A DNA stretch of 64,000 bases, taken from the IMG/VR virus record IMGVR_UViG_3300005613_000035, positions 17,189 through 81,188 of that record; one strand, 5' to 3'. The notes beneath the pieces are model-generated. The model made no database searches. It was not told the origin of the DNA and saw only the letters and a list, made by a program, of their open reading frames with translations. The position numbers and the translations under genes were made by a program. Of this stretch, positions 21,101-31,468 are shown one piece after another; positions within the stretch are counted from its first letter, which is position 1; every line of letters begins with the position of its first letter. The DNA is from a virus.

Positions 21101-23553
21101 GAATAATTGGTAGGCGTGAAACAGATAAGGTTTGGATTTCGTCTGTAACAGAATATTCTAAAACAAATGGTACACACACTCTGACTTTTTTATGTCCTGT
21201 CGGTGACTTTTATGCATTAGGTTTAATAATAACTCCAAGCTATCACTGTATTCATGATTATACAATAGATGAAATATCTTTAACCAGAACATCTAAAGAG
21301 CACTATCATACTTGGAATGGAGTTGTAGAAAGCGGGCAATCGGCATTAACAGTATTATTAGAAATGTGCGAGTCGTTCAGGTGTTGGCCTATCTGGTATT
21401 CTGAAAAACTAAACTTTGTAATAGATAGAGATACAACACCTATTCAAACAGTATCTATAGGAGATACTAAGGATTTCACACAGTCATTTACACCATTATC
21501 TGAAATACCTTATATGGCTACTGCTCAATTTACAGATGAGAGTAGGCAATATGAATTAAGATCTATAATTTCCAGGTCTCCAATTACAGATTTAATTAAG
21601 GTAACTGAAAAAACTGTTGGTCTAAAAGGTATAACTTCTATGGCTAAAGCTCAAAGAGAGCTAATATTTAAGCATAATAAAGCTACCAATTGTACTCGTA
21701 ATATTTCATTTAAGTGCGGTCTAAATTTAATACATGGAGCACCTGGAGATATTATAAATGTTCAGAACGACTTACCACAATGGGGTTATGGTGGAAACAT
21801 AATTGGGTACACTTCTACACAGATTGTAATAGACTCCTCCTATACATTTACTAACACAGCTACTACAACTATAGAATACCAGGATTTAAGAAGTTCCCCA
21901 TGTACAGCTACTATAGTTAATCCTGGTTTTGGTGTTAGTACGCAAGTTTTGTCTATAGTAACATTAACAGGCAGTCCTTGTGATATGGCTTCTTTTTCTA
22001 TAAACACTTCTGGCTATGAGTCTAGATCGTTTAGAATGGTACAAATAAATAGAACTGATGTAAACGAAGTTGAAATACAGGGACTAGAACATATACCAGC
22101 TATGTACGAAGAAGCAACTTTAACAAAATTCACATACCCCCCATATCCAGTACCTATAGATCCATATTCTATACCTAAAGCTCCTACAAGAATAAGTGTA
22201 GTTCAAGCAGGGTCAAGTACTGGATTTATAGTATCAGCTAAGCCAGACCCGTCTGATGTGCATGTGAAAGACATAGTTGTACAGATATGTGTTGAATTTA
22301 TAGAAGGCCCTATTCCCGGACCTCCTTGTAAATTTGAGACTATTGGAATTATACCTGTTGGTACAGATAGTATTACATATATGAATCCAGCATTAAAATT
22401 TAATGTATATTACCCTTTCAGATTATTTTGTAGAACAGCATATAAGAGTGGCCCATATGCAGGAGCTAATGGAATGCTGACACAAAATTCATCAATTCCT
22501 GATTTATTTCCACCTACTGGATTATGTATAAAAGGCGGTGCACCTAGTTCAAATACATTTTATGGCAAGGATGTAACTATAATTTGGAATTCTGTTTCAT
22601 ATAGAGGAGTTTCGGCGGAAGTACAGGGGTATAAAGTTGAAGTGTATTACATGGACAGCTTTATGGAAACAATATCACAAGATTGGGAAACAGGTGCTAT
22701 AACTATAATAACTAATTTTGGTAGTGGATTTTCTGGGATTGATCCTACCAGATTACTAAGAACATCTATTGTAAGTACTGAAGAATATACTTACACTTAT
22801 GAGATGAATAAGAGTGACACTGGTGATACTGCTATAGATACTATTGTATTCGTTTTAAGAACCATACTTACTAACAATATGGAATCTGAAAATTATAGTT
22901 TTATAGTTGTACGAAATGGAAATCCAGATCCTGTAACAGGATTGACAGCTACTGCCGGTATAAATTTAGTCAGAGCTTCTTGGAATCCAAACTCTGAGTC
23001 AGACTTAGCTAACTATTATTGTGAAACTAAAGCGGGTCAGGGAAGTTGGTCTGGAAGCTATACAACAGATGTTTCATATACGAGGTATTTAACTAGTACA
23101 GAAATAGATAACAATGTAGCTACTATATTTTTTAAGGTAACTCCCTTTGATGTATATGGTAACAATGCAGCAATTTCAGAAACGTATGCTGAAGTTTTGG
23201 ATAACTCTTCTACAGCTAAAAAGACTTTAGTTAGACATGGAGATAATATGTTATCCTCATACGAATTTGTAGCTACAGATCTAAATAAAATACATGTATT
23301 TATAAACGCACCGTTATGTGATTTAACTTTACCTATAGGTACTGTAAATGATGCTGGGGCATGGATTCAAATAAGAAAAAAGGGTGGTGGAGGTCTTGAT
23401 ATAAAGAGATCAGGTGCTAACACTATTCTAAATGATGTAGCTACTCATGTTACAAATACAGCAACGGATATTTGGTCTTATATTGATTTAGTTATGGAGA
23501 ATGCAACAGTTTGGGGTGCTCAAGGTATGCTTGGTAAATGGGATGCTACATAG
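18103..23553 (+). CDS. Tail tip/host specificity protein (gpI-gpJ-like fusion)
   Basis: Ubiquitin-like N-terminus ending IVPELEGG, hydrophobic gpI-like stretch, PIPVVYG...GGN, LCEGEIEG, YPNTALLG, RYGLG, FN3-like C-terminal domains. Confidence 0.9.
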   Translation: MAYVSFRNALDETSEFIQIDKKYLLDAAYEYARISDDSINTFILNKRVVLFLNDEVVPINSWNSRKVYDDDYIIIVPELEGGSLGGFLQIVAGVVIGVTTGRWDIAAAMILSGALGVVSNLLFQPDLPTSQVGGSRSTQTYNWSGIKTIARSDTPIPVVYGTHAVGGNVLSLYTDVTHDVSYLNMLIALCEGEIEGICQEFDHTEICTTSDKTGFKVKVLQEDEVSGVNTAAKVITPADCTGLTKAAGTLTIELKCSDPTAFESKVLRAAEVSSTQWPSTTFTPVDCTGLTKANGKFTIELKCSSPDALTCFTAIEVTSSGSYSSEMWYHELTEEDIELVSSTYRVFSWSMDDWVTKGGELDVTEIDYIRWYTSDLLDNCLLSWRNARVSWADYEAFTSPTYIELTSSGAPDTEEWYYELTSTDLAMLSSSYTTFSISMEDWVTQGGELDVTEIDYVRWYTADALGLTLYWRNAKVSWTDVDDPYVSPAIYIDDQPLRFYDELEWWYRKGVNLPDSTKSDYDPSYQNRIPNFDSIKVQYDDGRTVPAAPRHIEYITTKPVDMLILHFYTPQLYDASGGSFKDKEIRFKISYSTDGETYSDASPLIKNTYEPLLTAVDDWNTVYCTCDNYINSQYKYTPSDSYTIKVLNNNSNTDDFGLKHFDIFINVMNSNGDILINNQRIVNTLWMYKGIDFTYFPVFEYEIGLHFDVPVGAEYIVSSEIAQEIGTEVSIEGKTKTGLWRSIYLDFTTFGLPGREVYYIKMYRTDGGASTELTIANDLELNSVVETVYGEYIYPNTALLGLRIKATEQISGSPPNVVTILKGTKIEVPDLSEDDDFIDCYWDDVQERWECEGSERTWDEVTTTTEYCNNAILCVRDLLLSSRYGLGDYYTASDFDTPEIITAIKECHKYFDPFDAEEYLSWWSTGTDNDWLTWWGISDSTPEPLRSGVSYDASARTVTVDYTNCGSFVMWFTSAITLKTGQTYDFKLTLSSTTNAVNFRIIGRRETDKVWISSVTEYSKTNGTHTLTFLCPVGDFYALGLIITPSYHCIHDYTIDEISLTRTSKEHYHTWNGVVESGQSALTVLLEMCESFRCWPIWYSEKLNFVIDRDTTPIQTVSIGDTKDFTQSFTPLSEIPYMATAQFTDESRQYELRSIISRSPITDLIKVTEKTVGLKGITSMAKAQRELIFKHNKATNCTRNISFKCGLNLIHGAPGDIINVQNDLPQWGYGGNIIGYTSTQIVIDSSYTFTNTATTTIEYQDLRSSPCTATIVNPGFGVSTQVLSIVTLTGSPCDMASFSINTSGYESRSFRMVQINRTDVNEVEIQGLEHIPAMYEEATLTKFTYPPYPVPIDPYSIPKAPTRISVVQAGSSTGFIVSAKPDPSDVHVKDIVVQICVEFIEGPIPGPPCKFETIGIIPVGTDSITYMNPALKFNVYYPFRLFCRTAYKSGPYAGANGMLTQNSSIPDLFPPTGLCIKGGAPSSNTFYGKDVTIIWNSVSYRGVSAEVQGYKVEVYYMDSFMETISQDWETGAITIITNFGSGFSGIDPTRLLRTSIVSTEEYTYTYEMNKSDTGDTAIDTIVFVLRTILTNNMESENYSFIVVRNGNPDPVTGLTATAGINLVRASWNPNSESDLANYYCETKAGQGSWSGSYTTDVSYTRYLTSTEIDNNVATIFFKVTPFDVYGNNAAISETYAEVLDNSSTAKKTLVRHGDNMLSSYEFVATDLNKIHVFINAPLCDLTLPIGTVNDAGAWIQIRKKGGGGLDIKRSGANTILNDVATHVTNTATDIWSYIDLVMENATVWGAQGMLGKWDAT

Positions 23554-23564
23554 GAGGCTATAAT

Positions 23565-26246
23565 ATGTTTAAGAGATATACAATATTTATAATGTTGCTT
23601 GTATTTGGGTGCGTGACTACAGCGTATGGTCTTAATTTAGAAGTTGGAAAGACTTCATTCTTTAGACTTAAAGAAGACTCTTATGCTGGAAACTTTGATA
23701 TACATGAAATAGATGGGCTTTATGGTATTACAGATTCAACTTATATTGATATGGGAACAGGTAATGCAATATCAATAGGAACACCTGGAGATATAAATTT
23801 TGAATCAACTGCTGATGGCTTCAATTTTAATATGGATAATGATGCCGGGGATGATTTCATTATTGATATTACAAATTTTAAGCTTGTAGTTGAAGGGGAT
23901 TCAGGTGAGGTAGGTATAGGATTAGAGGAACCAGCTTCATTACTTCATATTTATGCTGGAGAAAGTAATACATTAGCACATGATAATACCATTGTACAAA
24001 TAGAAAACGATGACCATTGCTATATTTCGATGTTAATACCAAATGATGGGGATAAATGGGCTGGAGTTATTGTAGGTGATGAAGATGATAATGATAGTGG
24101 TGGCTTCATATATAATACTACAGATGATTTATTAGACTTTTATGCTGGCGGTACTAAAATAGTTGAAGTAACAGCTACTGATTTGACTATAAATGGTGAA
24201 GCTAAATTAGATGCTTATACTAGTATGGGGTCTGATAATGCATCCCTTGCTACTAAGTACTATGTGGATAATAATAGTGGTTCCGGTGATTCATGGGGGG
24301 ATGCTGTAGATTCCGACATCCTGCCAACCGGAAATGACAATACTTATGACCTTGGGAGCGAAGCAGCTTCGTTTGCGGATGTTTGGTGGGATGGTACAGG
24401 GCACGGAGCGTTGACAGGCAATGTAACGGGCAATTGTTCAGGCTCTTCGGGATCATGTACCGGCAATGCAGCTACCGTAACCAACGGGGTTTATACCACT
24501 GACAATTTAGGGGCTTTAGCTTCTACAACATCTGCTCAATTAGCCGGGGTCTTGTCAGATGAGACAGGAGCTGAACTAGTTGTTTTCTCCAGCGAGCCAA
24601 TATTTAAGAATGTCGCGGAGGCTGCCTCATCTATTTACATCATAGGGAACGGATCAACCAAGGATGCTTATGTTGTATTAGTTGACACCGATGGCAATGG
24701 TTGGGAGTTTCAAAATGATGATTCAGAAGATGAGCTTGTATTGCTAAACGCAGCTTCTGAAGTAGGGACTCAAAGGTTTACTTTTACCAAGGACGGAAAT
24801 TTGATTTTCGGTGGGGCTACACCAGACGAACATGAATTAACTTTTGTCATTACCGATCCAACGGATACAAGAACAGTAACATTTGATGATAATAATGTCA
24901 ATTTTAGTGACACAACTGAAGATTATGTTTTGACTTACAATGCTTCTACCAGGACATGGGCAGGGGAGGCTTCATCGGGTGGAGGTAGTATGAACGATCT
25001 TGTTGACGACCTAACCCCTCAGCTTGGTGGCGACTTAGATCTTAATGGACACGGCATAACTTATTCCGGTGATGTTGACATTGAATCAACCGGGGCCGGG
25101 GTAAACATAAATTTACACTCTGATGCGGGGGACGACTTTGCTGTTGACACATCTAAGTTTCTTGTGAGCGGTGACACTGGATATATAGGTGCTGGAACGG
25201 CTGACCCTGAATATGCTATTCATTATAAAGGTGGTGAATTTGATGATCCACTCTTAATGCTTGAAACTACTAAAGAAAATGGACAATGTTCTATGGCGTT
25301 TAAAAATGATGCTCAAACATGGGTTATTAAAATGAAGTCGTCAGACCAATTAGCATTTTATGACGCTACCAATTCAAAAACTCCATTAGAAATTACGCCA
25401 TCTACTCAATTAGCCGAATTTGGCGGTAACGTCGGCATAGGTGTAACCCCCGAAGAACTCCTTCATGTAAAAGACACGAGCGCAAACTCTGACCCCGCCA
25501 TACAGCTTGAAAACGATGCTGCAAAGTTTAAATGGACAGTTTACGGGTCTGATTCTGACCAACTTAAATTGCAATGGTGGCAAGGATCATACTGGTCTGA
25601 TATATACGAAGCAACAGATAATCAAATTGAAGTGGGAGAAGTAGCACTATACAATCAAACTTCAGCTCCAACAATGTTTTTTAATGCTCATTATGATCCA
25701 GTCTCAGCAAGAAATGAGTTTATAACAACAGATTCAGCATTTGGCACATGGCATGATCAAACAAACGATAAATATGTTATTGGGTATGCTTCAGGATCAG
25801 CAGGTGCTCTTATAACTCCTACAAACGGATTTGAATTAGACACATCAGGTAATGTAACTATTCCTAGTTCTTTAAGTGCTGGTCTTACAAATTATATAAC
25901 AAGTACTTTAAATGACACTGTAACAGCTCATGTTATGTTAAGTAAAGAGTTAAGAAATACTATAATTTCAAATTACGGATCAACAACTGATAATCACTAT
26001 AATTTTATGGCTCGTGAAGCAGGTTGGAATGTCACTTTTATTAAAGAGAACGACTCATATGATATGTATTTAGAACCAAATGGTAGTGAAAACTGGTGGT
26101 TTAGAACTAATGGTTTAACATATGAACAAGTTGGTGCTGGCGTAAGTATTAAAAATATAACTTCGGGAAGATCTGAAATTTTTGTGTATTCTACTACAAC
26201 AGGTGTTTATTGTAGCGGTGATGCAAATTGGGAGATTGGCTCATAA
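23565..26246 (+). CDS. Tail-fibre-like repeat protein with N-terminal signal peptide
   Basis: G.VGIG...P...LHV repeats, DLTPQLGGDLDLNG, ATKYYVD; N-terminus MFKRYTIFIMLLVFGCVTTAYG; SD GGAGG before ATG 23565. Confidence 0.75.
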   Translation: MFKRYTIFIMLLVFGCVTTAYGLNLEVGKTSFFRLKEDSYAGNFDIHEIDGLYGITDSTYIDMGTGNAISIGTPGDINFESTADGFNFNMDNDAGDDFIIDITNFKLVVEGDSGEVGIGLEEPASLLHIYAGESNTLAHDNTIVQIENDDHCYISMLIPNDGDKWAGVIVGDEDDNDSGGFIYNTTDDLLDFYAGGTKIVEVTATDLTINGEAKLDAYTSMGSDNASLATKYYVDNNSGSGDSWGDAVDSDILPTGNDNTYDLGSEAASFADVWWDGTGHGALTGNVTGNCSGSSGSCTGNAATVTNGVYTTDNLGALASTTSAQLAGVLSDETGAELVVFSSEPIFKNVAEAASSIYIIGNGSTKDAYVVLVDTDGNGWEFQNDDSEDELVLLNAASEVGTQRFTFTKDGNLIFGGATPDEHELTFVITDPTDTRTVTFDDNNVNFSDTTEDYVLTYNASTRTWAGEASSGGGSMNDLVDDLTPQLGGDLDLNGHGITYSGDVDIESTGAGVNINLHSDAGDDFAVDTSKFLVSGDTGYIGAGTADPEYAIHYKGGEFDDPLLMLETTKENGQCSMAFKNDAQTWVIKMKSSDQLAFYDATNSKTPLEITPSTQLAEFGGNVGIGVTPEELLHVKDTSANSDPAIQLENDAAKFKWTVYGSDSDQLKLQWWQGSYWSDIYEATDNQIEVGEVALYNQTSAPTMFFNAHYDPVSARNEFITTDSAFGTWHDQTNDKYVIGYASGSAGALITPTNGFELDTSGNVTIPSSLSAGLTNYITSTLNDTVTAHVMLSKELRNTIISNYGSTTDNHYNFMAREAGWNVTFIKENDSYDMYLEPNGSENWWFRTNGLTYEQVGAGVSIKNITSGRSEIFVYSTTTGVYCSGDANWEIGS

Positions 26247-29206
26247 TGAAAAATATATTTAAAAATACAATATGCATACTAATATATTGTCTACTACTTG
26301 TCTTTTTTAATTCTACAGCTAATGCAGGATTTAACTTCTACAATTCTGGGCTAAGTATTCCATACTTAGATATTCCAGATGGAAAAGATACTGTTGGAGG
26401 AACTACATATTGGAAAGCAGAGTTTACAAGTAGTAGTTTTATTAATGCTGCTGGAGAAGAATACGTTTATTTTGTGAATAACGTTGAACCAAAATCCAAT
26501 GTATATCTAAATATTAGGGAAACAGATAGTTCTTGGAGATATACTGATAGTCTTTTAGTAGTGCCTTCTACTTCTTTACCTGCATACGGCGGTGCTTCTG
26601 GTGGTTACTGTTCATTAGGAGATGTCTTATATAGCAGTTCAGCTATATTTAAAGCACCAACTGGAACGTATTATAAATATGTAATGTACTTAATACACCA
26701 ACCTATGTGTTGTATTCCAGGATCAATGGGCGGATTATTTGCTTCATTTTCTAATAATGGTATAGATTGGGTAACTGATCCTGCAACAAGCGCATTTTGG
26801 GAAGTAACATATACCGGCTGTCCTACTGTTACTTGTTTTTCTAGTCATAACATTATAGAAGTTGAGGGTATTGGTGCTGTTACTGATGGGTCAGTAATAA
26901 AAATAGTTTATATTACAGGAGAAGTAGCAGAATATGCTGATAGCGAACATGAAACTATGGCATATATTTTAACAAGCACTGTTGCATCCCCAACATCCTT
27001 TACTCGATCAGCAACTCAAGTATCGGAAAAAGGGATATATGCACCGAATCATCCAGATATTAATTTTGATTATAAATACTTTATTAACATGGGTATGGCA
27101 TATGATGATGTAAATGATTATTTTTATATAGGAAGAGCTATGCCCTATGGTGCAGATCCCTTTGGTGGTTCAGGGTATCCAACTACTTGTCAACCTAGTT
27201 GTCTAACAGGCACTTCAACATATCCTACTAGAATTCAAATTTATAGAATGGGTTCTATAACTTCAGTATCAAATATAGACACTATTCTTACAGGGGCATG
27301 GGAACCTATTGTTGATATTGGTAATAAAGGCGGGTATAAATCTGGTGTAGGATGCTCTCAACTTGAACTCCAAACAGGTCAAAAAAACGTTAATTTAGAT
27401 TTAGAAACTATAAATTTTCTTAGAGATGGATATGGAAATTTACATTCAAAAGGTGAAGTTAAGGTAGCAACAGCTCATTCTGGCTATAACATGACAGGTA
27501 CTGATTGTTCAGTAGACGATGTAGAATATTTTGGATTTGTTGTTAGCGCTAGAGAAAGTGCTGGGGATTTTATTGAAGATGTTTATGATTATTGTAACTT
27601 TGTTGATGTTGGGTCAGCAAGTACTGATCCTACTACTAGAGCTAATAATGATGTAATTTTAATTGCTAAAGCTGCTAGTTACGGGTTAAAAACAGTACTT
27701 CATCTTGAAACATTATTATTTAATTATACTCTTAATCCAGATGGTACAGTATATTCAGTAAGTAGGAGAGCAGATTATACAACTCGATGGGCTACTTATG
27801 CCTCCATTATAGCGCCTTATATAGATAACATTTTAATGTTTATGGTTAGTGATGAACCATATAATACTGGTTGTCACACAGCTACTGTTCCAGTATCTGA
27901 AGCAACTATGAAAACATGGTTAGAGTCTATGCCTACTTTAATTAAAGCAACTTTTTCAGATGCAAAACTAGGACAAGTTTATGCGTATCCTTCTATGCTA
28001 ACTGGGTATAGTACAAATCCAGCAACTTCTAGAAATACAAGTTTTGAAATTCCTGATGGATATGATTACGTTGGATTTATTATGCTATATCCATCCTTTA
28101 GAGCAAGCGGTTATTATTCAGCTACTAAACATGCTGGTTTTGAAGCAGATTATCATACCATAGGTTCATATTTTTTAGATGAGGTATCATATTATCATAA
28201 ATTAATTGTTGTTCCTGGGTCTTTTTATTACAATAGTACACCAGTACCACAATCTGAATTAGTAGAAGATGGGGAGTTCTTTGTTGAACTTGCAGAAAAT
28301 GATGATACAATTAAAGTTGTTGCACCCTTTCTTTATGCAACTTATGATGGTAAAACTGGAGTTGAAAATCTATCTACAGTTAGAACTTATTGGCAAACTG
28401 CTGGTCCTGAATTATTACATAAAAAAGACACTTTTCATGAAGGAGTTTATAGATTTAAACTAAGTGATTGTGACTATAATTCAGGTATAGATTTCACACA
28501 GTATTCTAGTTGTATGGGTGCTTGGTATATGGTAAGTAATTATTCTCCAAGTTATCCTGCGTATGAGCCAGACCAATCAGGTGAAGGTGGTATACTATAT
28601 AATACAAGTACTATTTCAAATTCTTCTACTGTTCCTTACAATTATTCAGGAACTAGTAGACTATGGAATGCTACAGAATGCTTATGGCACGAAGATGGTA
28701 AAAGCACTGATATTTCAGGATCAACTATGTCATTTTTTGCTTGGATTAAATTCACATCTGACCCAAGTGATCAAGCAACTGTTGTTGCTAAATGGTCAAC
28801 TTTAGCAGGTCAATGGCAATATTCTTTCATGCATTATCATGCTGCAAATGCAATGGTAGCTTTCATATCGAATGATGGATCAAGTGTTACATATGCTCAA
28901 GGAGCTACAGATCTTGCAGATGATACTGACTGGCATCATGTTGGATTTGTAGTTGATGGTTCTAACATAACTGTATATGTTGATGGTTGGGTAGATTCCA
29001 ACGGTGCGTTAAATCCAAAAGCATATTCTGGCGGTATATTTAATGGTAACGATAATTTTACAATAGGTTGTGCCAGTGATCAAAGTAGGGAACCGTTTCC
29101 TGGATATATAGATGATGTAATTATATTTGATACTGCACTAACTCCTACTGAAGTGTACGAATTATACTATAGAGGAACTTCAGGTAACAAAGGTGGAGAT
29201 GATTAA
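26246..29206 (+). CDS. Secreted-type multidomain protein: beta-rich N-terminal domain + GH-like barrel + LamG-like domain
   Basis: Signal peptide ending ANA; DEPY motif domain; C-terminal WHHVGFV..TVYVDG..IG..FPGYIDDV.IFD.ALT..EV (LamG_3). Confidence 0.7.
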   Translation: MKNIFKNTICILIYCLLLVFFNSTANAGFNFYNSGLSIPYLDIPDGKDTVGGTTYWKAEFTSSSFINAAGEEYVYFVNNVEPKSNVYLNIRETDSSWRYTDSLLVVPSTSLPAYGGASGGYCSLGDVLYSSSAIFKAPTGTYYKYVMYLIHQPMCCIPGSMGGLFASFSNNGIDWVTDPATSAFWEVTYTGCPTVTCFSSHNIIEVEGIGAVTDGSVIKIVYITGEVAEYADSEHETMAYILTSTVASPTSFTRSATQVSEKGIYAPNHPDINFDYKYFINMGMAYDDVNDYFYIGRAMPYGADPFGGSGYPTTCQPSCLTGTSTYPTRIQIYRMGSITSVSNIDTILTGAWEPIVDIGNKGGYKSGVGCSQLELQTGQKNVNLDLETINFLRDGYGNLHSKGEVKVATAHSGYNMTGTDCSVDDVEYFGFVVSARESAGDFIEDVYDYCNFVDVGSASTDPTTRANNDVILIAKAASYGLKTVLHLETLLFNYTLNPDGTVYSVSRRADYTTRWATYASIIAPYIDNILMFMVSDEPYNTGCHTATVPVSEATMKTWLESMPTLIKATFSDAKLGQVYAYPSMLTGYSTNPATSRNTSFEIPDGYDYVGFIMLYPSFRASGYYSATKHAGFEADYHTIGSYFLDEVSYYHKLIVVPGSFYYNSTPVPQSELVEDGEFFVELAENDDTIKVVAPFLYATYDGKTGVENLSTVRTYWQTAGPELLHKKDTFHEGVYRFKLSDCDYNSGIDFTQYSSCMGAWYMVSNYSPSYPAYEPDQSGEGGILYNTSTISNSSTVPYNYSGTSRLWNATECLWHEDGKSTDISGSTMSFFAWIKFTSDPSDQATVVAKWSTLAGQWQYSFMHYHAANAMVAFISNDGSSVTYAQGATDLADDTDWHHVGFVVDGSNITVYVDGWVDSNGALNPKAYSGGIFNGNDNFTIGCASDQSREPFPGYIDDVIIFDTALTPTEVYELYYRGTSGNKGGDD

Positions 29207-29209
29207 AGA

Positions 29210-29569
29210 GTGATACATATAAAAGATAGTTTAGTATTAGTGTCGCTTTTTCAAGTTAAGTATGACACAACTCTAGTTAATATTTTGACAGAATTGGATA
29301 TTAAATATCCAGATCACGTAGTTATTACTTGTGGCTATAGAAAGGGGGATAAAGGTGTTCATGGTAGTATTCCATGTAGAGGTGTAGATATTAGATCCTG
29401 GGTTTTCAAAAACCCAGTTTCTGTGTGTAACTATATTAACTCAAATTGGGAGTATGACTTCAACCGTCCTGAAAAATTTGTAGCTCTATTACATACTGCA
29501 GGATCAGGTACACACATCCACCTACAAACTCATCCAAATACAAGGCGTAGGCTTCAATGGGCTATTTAA
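29210..29569 (+). CDS. M15-like Zn peptidase (candidate endolysin)
   Basis: ITCGYR, H-x7-D (HGSIPCRGVD) and HIH motifs. Confidence 0.7.
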   Translation: MIHIKDSLVLVSLFQVKYDTTLVNILTELDIKYPDHVVITCGYRKGDKGVHGSIPCRGVDIRSWVFKNPVSVCNYINSNWEYDFNRPEKFVALLHTAGSGTHIHLQTHPNTRRRLQWAI

Positions 29570-29591
29570 AGTAGTTTAAGGAGATAATACA

Positions 29592-30644
29592 ATGAAAAGA
29601 ATTATAGTAGTACTAAGTGTTTTTGTAATGTCAGCTAGTTGTTATGCTTTAAATTGGGATTATACAGAAAATAAAACGAAGTTCTGTAGTCACGGTACAA
29701 ACATTAAACATTTTGGATTCATTAAAAGCGGAAGACCTCCAGTTTCTATAGAAAATGTATCTAGGTATACTGATTGGGTAGATGTTGGTGATAATAGTAT
29801 TACAGATCCTGTTGAAAGAGCACAGTCTGATCTTAATACAATTATTGAAGCTTCAAGTTATAATTTAAAATCTGTAGTGCAGGTGGATGAAATCTTCTTT
29901 GAGTACCTTTTTAATGGAGATACTTTTGAAGGTGTTGTGTTACGCAGTAATTATATTGATAGATGGCTTGTGTACTCAGATATTATTGCACCAAATATAG
30001 ATGATATACTCATGTTTCTTACGTTAGATGAACCATATTGGGCAGGGTGTGGGGCAGCAGGAAGTCCAGTACAGGAAACAACTATGAAGGAATGGCTTGA
30101 AAGTGTTGCAGCATGTATAAAAACTACATTTCCAACTGTTAAGTTAGGACAAGTGTATGCTTATGTATCTATGCTAGAAAATTATTCGTCAAATCCAACA
30201 TCTCCTAAAAGTGAAACATTCTCTATACCAGAAGGATATGACTATGTTGGATTTGATATGTTTTATAGTTCATTTAGAGCTAATGGCTATTATGAAGTAG
30301 AAAAATATGCTGGATTTATATCTGATTTTACAACATTATATACTTATTTTAAGAATGTAGTTAGTGGAGCACACAAGTTAATAATCATACCCGGATCTTT
30401 TTACCATGATTTTTTTGAAGTATCAGAAGCAGAGCTACTTCAGGATGCATATTTCTTTATGGATCTGGCAAGAAATGATCCACAAATTGAAGTACTTGCA
30501 CCATTCTTATATAAAACTTGTTATAACATGGTAGGTATTGAAGATTTATACTTTGTAGATACTTATTGGAAACATATTGGAAAGCAGATTTTACATTGCA
30601 TTCCAAGTCCTATATATATGATACTAATGTACTTATCCGATTAA
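29592..30644 (+). CDS. Secreted GH-like protein, paralogue of the central domain of 26246..29206
   Basis: Shared IIAP.ID.ILMF...DEPY, TMK.WLES, KLGQVYAY, IP.GYDYVGF, PGSFY, APFLY; signal peptide. Confidence 0.7.
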   Translation: MKRIIVVLSVFVMSASCYALNWDYTENKTKFCSHGTNIKHFGFIKSGRPPVSIENVSRYTDWVDVGDNSITDPVERAQSDLNTIIEASSYNLKSVVQVDEIFFEYLFNGDTFEGVVLRSNYIDRWLVYSDIIAPNIDDILMFLTLDEPYWAGCGAAGSPVQETTMKEWLESVAACIKTTFPTVKLGQVYAYVSMLENYSSNPTSPKSETFSIPEGYDYVGFDMFYSSFRANGYYEVEKYAGFISDFTTLYTYFKNVVSGAHKLIIIPGSFYHDFFEVSEAELLQDAYFFMDLARNDPQIEVLAPFLYKTCYNMVGIEDLYFVDTYWKHIGKQILHCIPSPIYMILMYLSD

Positions 30645-30678
30645 TGACAAACAAAATAAATAGCTGGAGGAATATATA

Positions 30679-31422
30679 ATGATTTATTCAACAGGGTCTA
30701 TAACTATTAAGATAGGATCAGCATCTGTAAAAGGTGATACAGGTACTGAAGATTTCGTAACATACGCAGCAGCCGGTTATTTAATTAAACCTACTAATGA
30801 ATCTACCTTTTATGAAATAGGAGCTATCAATAGTGCTACAAGATTAACACTTACATCAAGGTATTCTAATTCTTTGTATAGAACTGCAAGAAGTGAGAAT
30901 GTTGCTACTATGACAGCTACACAATTAAGTAGTGGCACGCTAGATTACAATCCTGTATTACAAAACTATGTTACTATAAACGCTTCTGTCGAGAAATTTT
31001 CAGATAATGGTGCTGGAATACTTGTTGGAAACGCATCAGGAACTGGTACTGTTGATTATGATACAGGCGTGTGGACTATTACTTTAGGTACTACGTTAGC
31101 TACTGAAATTGTAGTATCCGCCTCATATTTATCAGGGGATACTAGAACTGCTGTTGGCTACCAAATAGTCACAGATTACACACCAAATAATAACTTTCCT
31201 GAAATGGCTTTGAGTGACGCTAACCTTCCTCATATTTATACTAAAGGTGTTAGACTTATTGATAATTTAATAAATGAGGATAGAGTAAGAATTGCTGAAG
31301 TTACTGCAACACCTACAGAAGAATTAGGGTATGGTAAACTATTTGTAAAAGATAATAAATTATACTATCAGGCGTACTCCGCAAATGCTACTATTTATTC
31401 TATTGATATGACAGCTATTTAG
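30679..31422 (+). CDS. Putative tail fibre/virion protein
   Basis: N-terminal YSTGSITI..GS..V.G typical of fibres; DNGAG.L...GTVDYDTG motif. Confidence 0.6.
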   Translation: MIYSTGSITIKIGSASVKGDTGTEDFVTYAAAGYLIKPTNESTFYEIGAINSATRLTLTSRYSNSLYRTARSENVATMTATQLSSGTLDYNPVLQNYVTINASVEKFSDNGAGILVGNASGTGTVDYDTGVWTITLGTTLATEIVVSASYLSGDTRTAVGYQIVTDYTPNNNFPEMALSDANLPHIYTKGVRLIDNLINEDRVRIAEVTATPTEELGYGKLFVKDNKLYYQAYSANATIYSIDMTAI

Positions 31423-31425
31423 ATG

Positions 31426-31460
31426 ATCTGAGTAGCTCCTAATAGAGCTACTCAGATTTT
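31426..31460. terminator. Hairpin terminator between convergent gene blocks
   Basis: ATCTGAGTAGCTC-ctaata-GAGCTACTCAGAT with a short T run on +. Confidence 0.8.
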
Positions 31461-31468
31461 GGTGTGTG

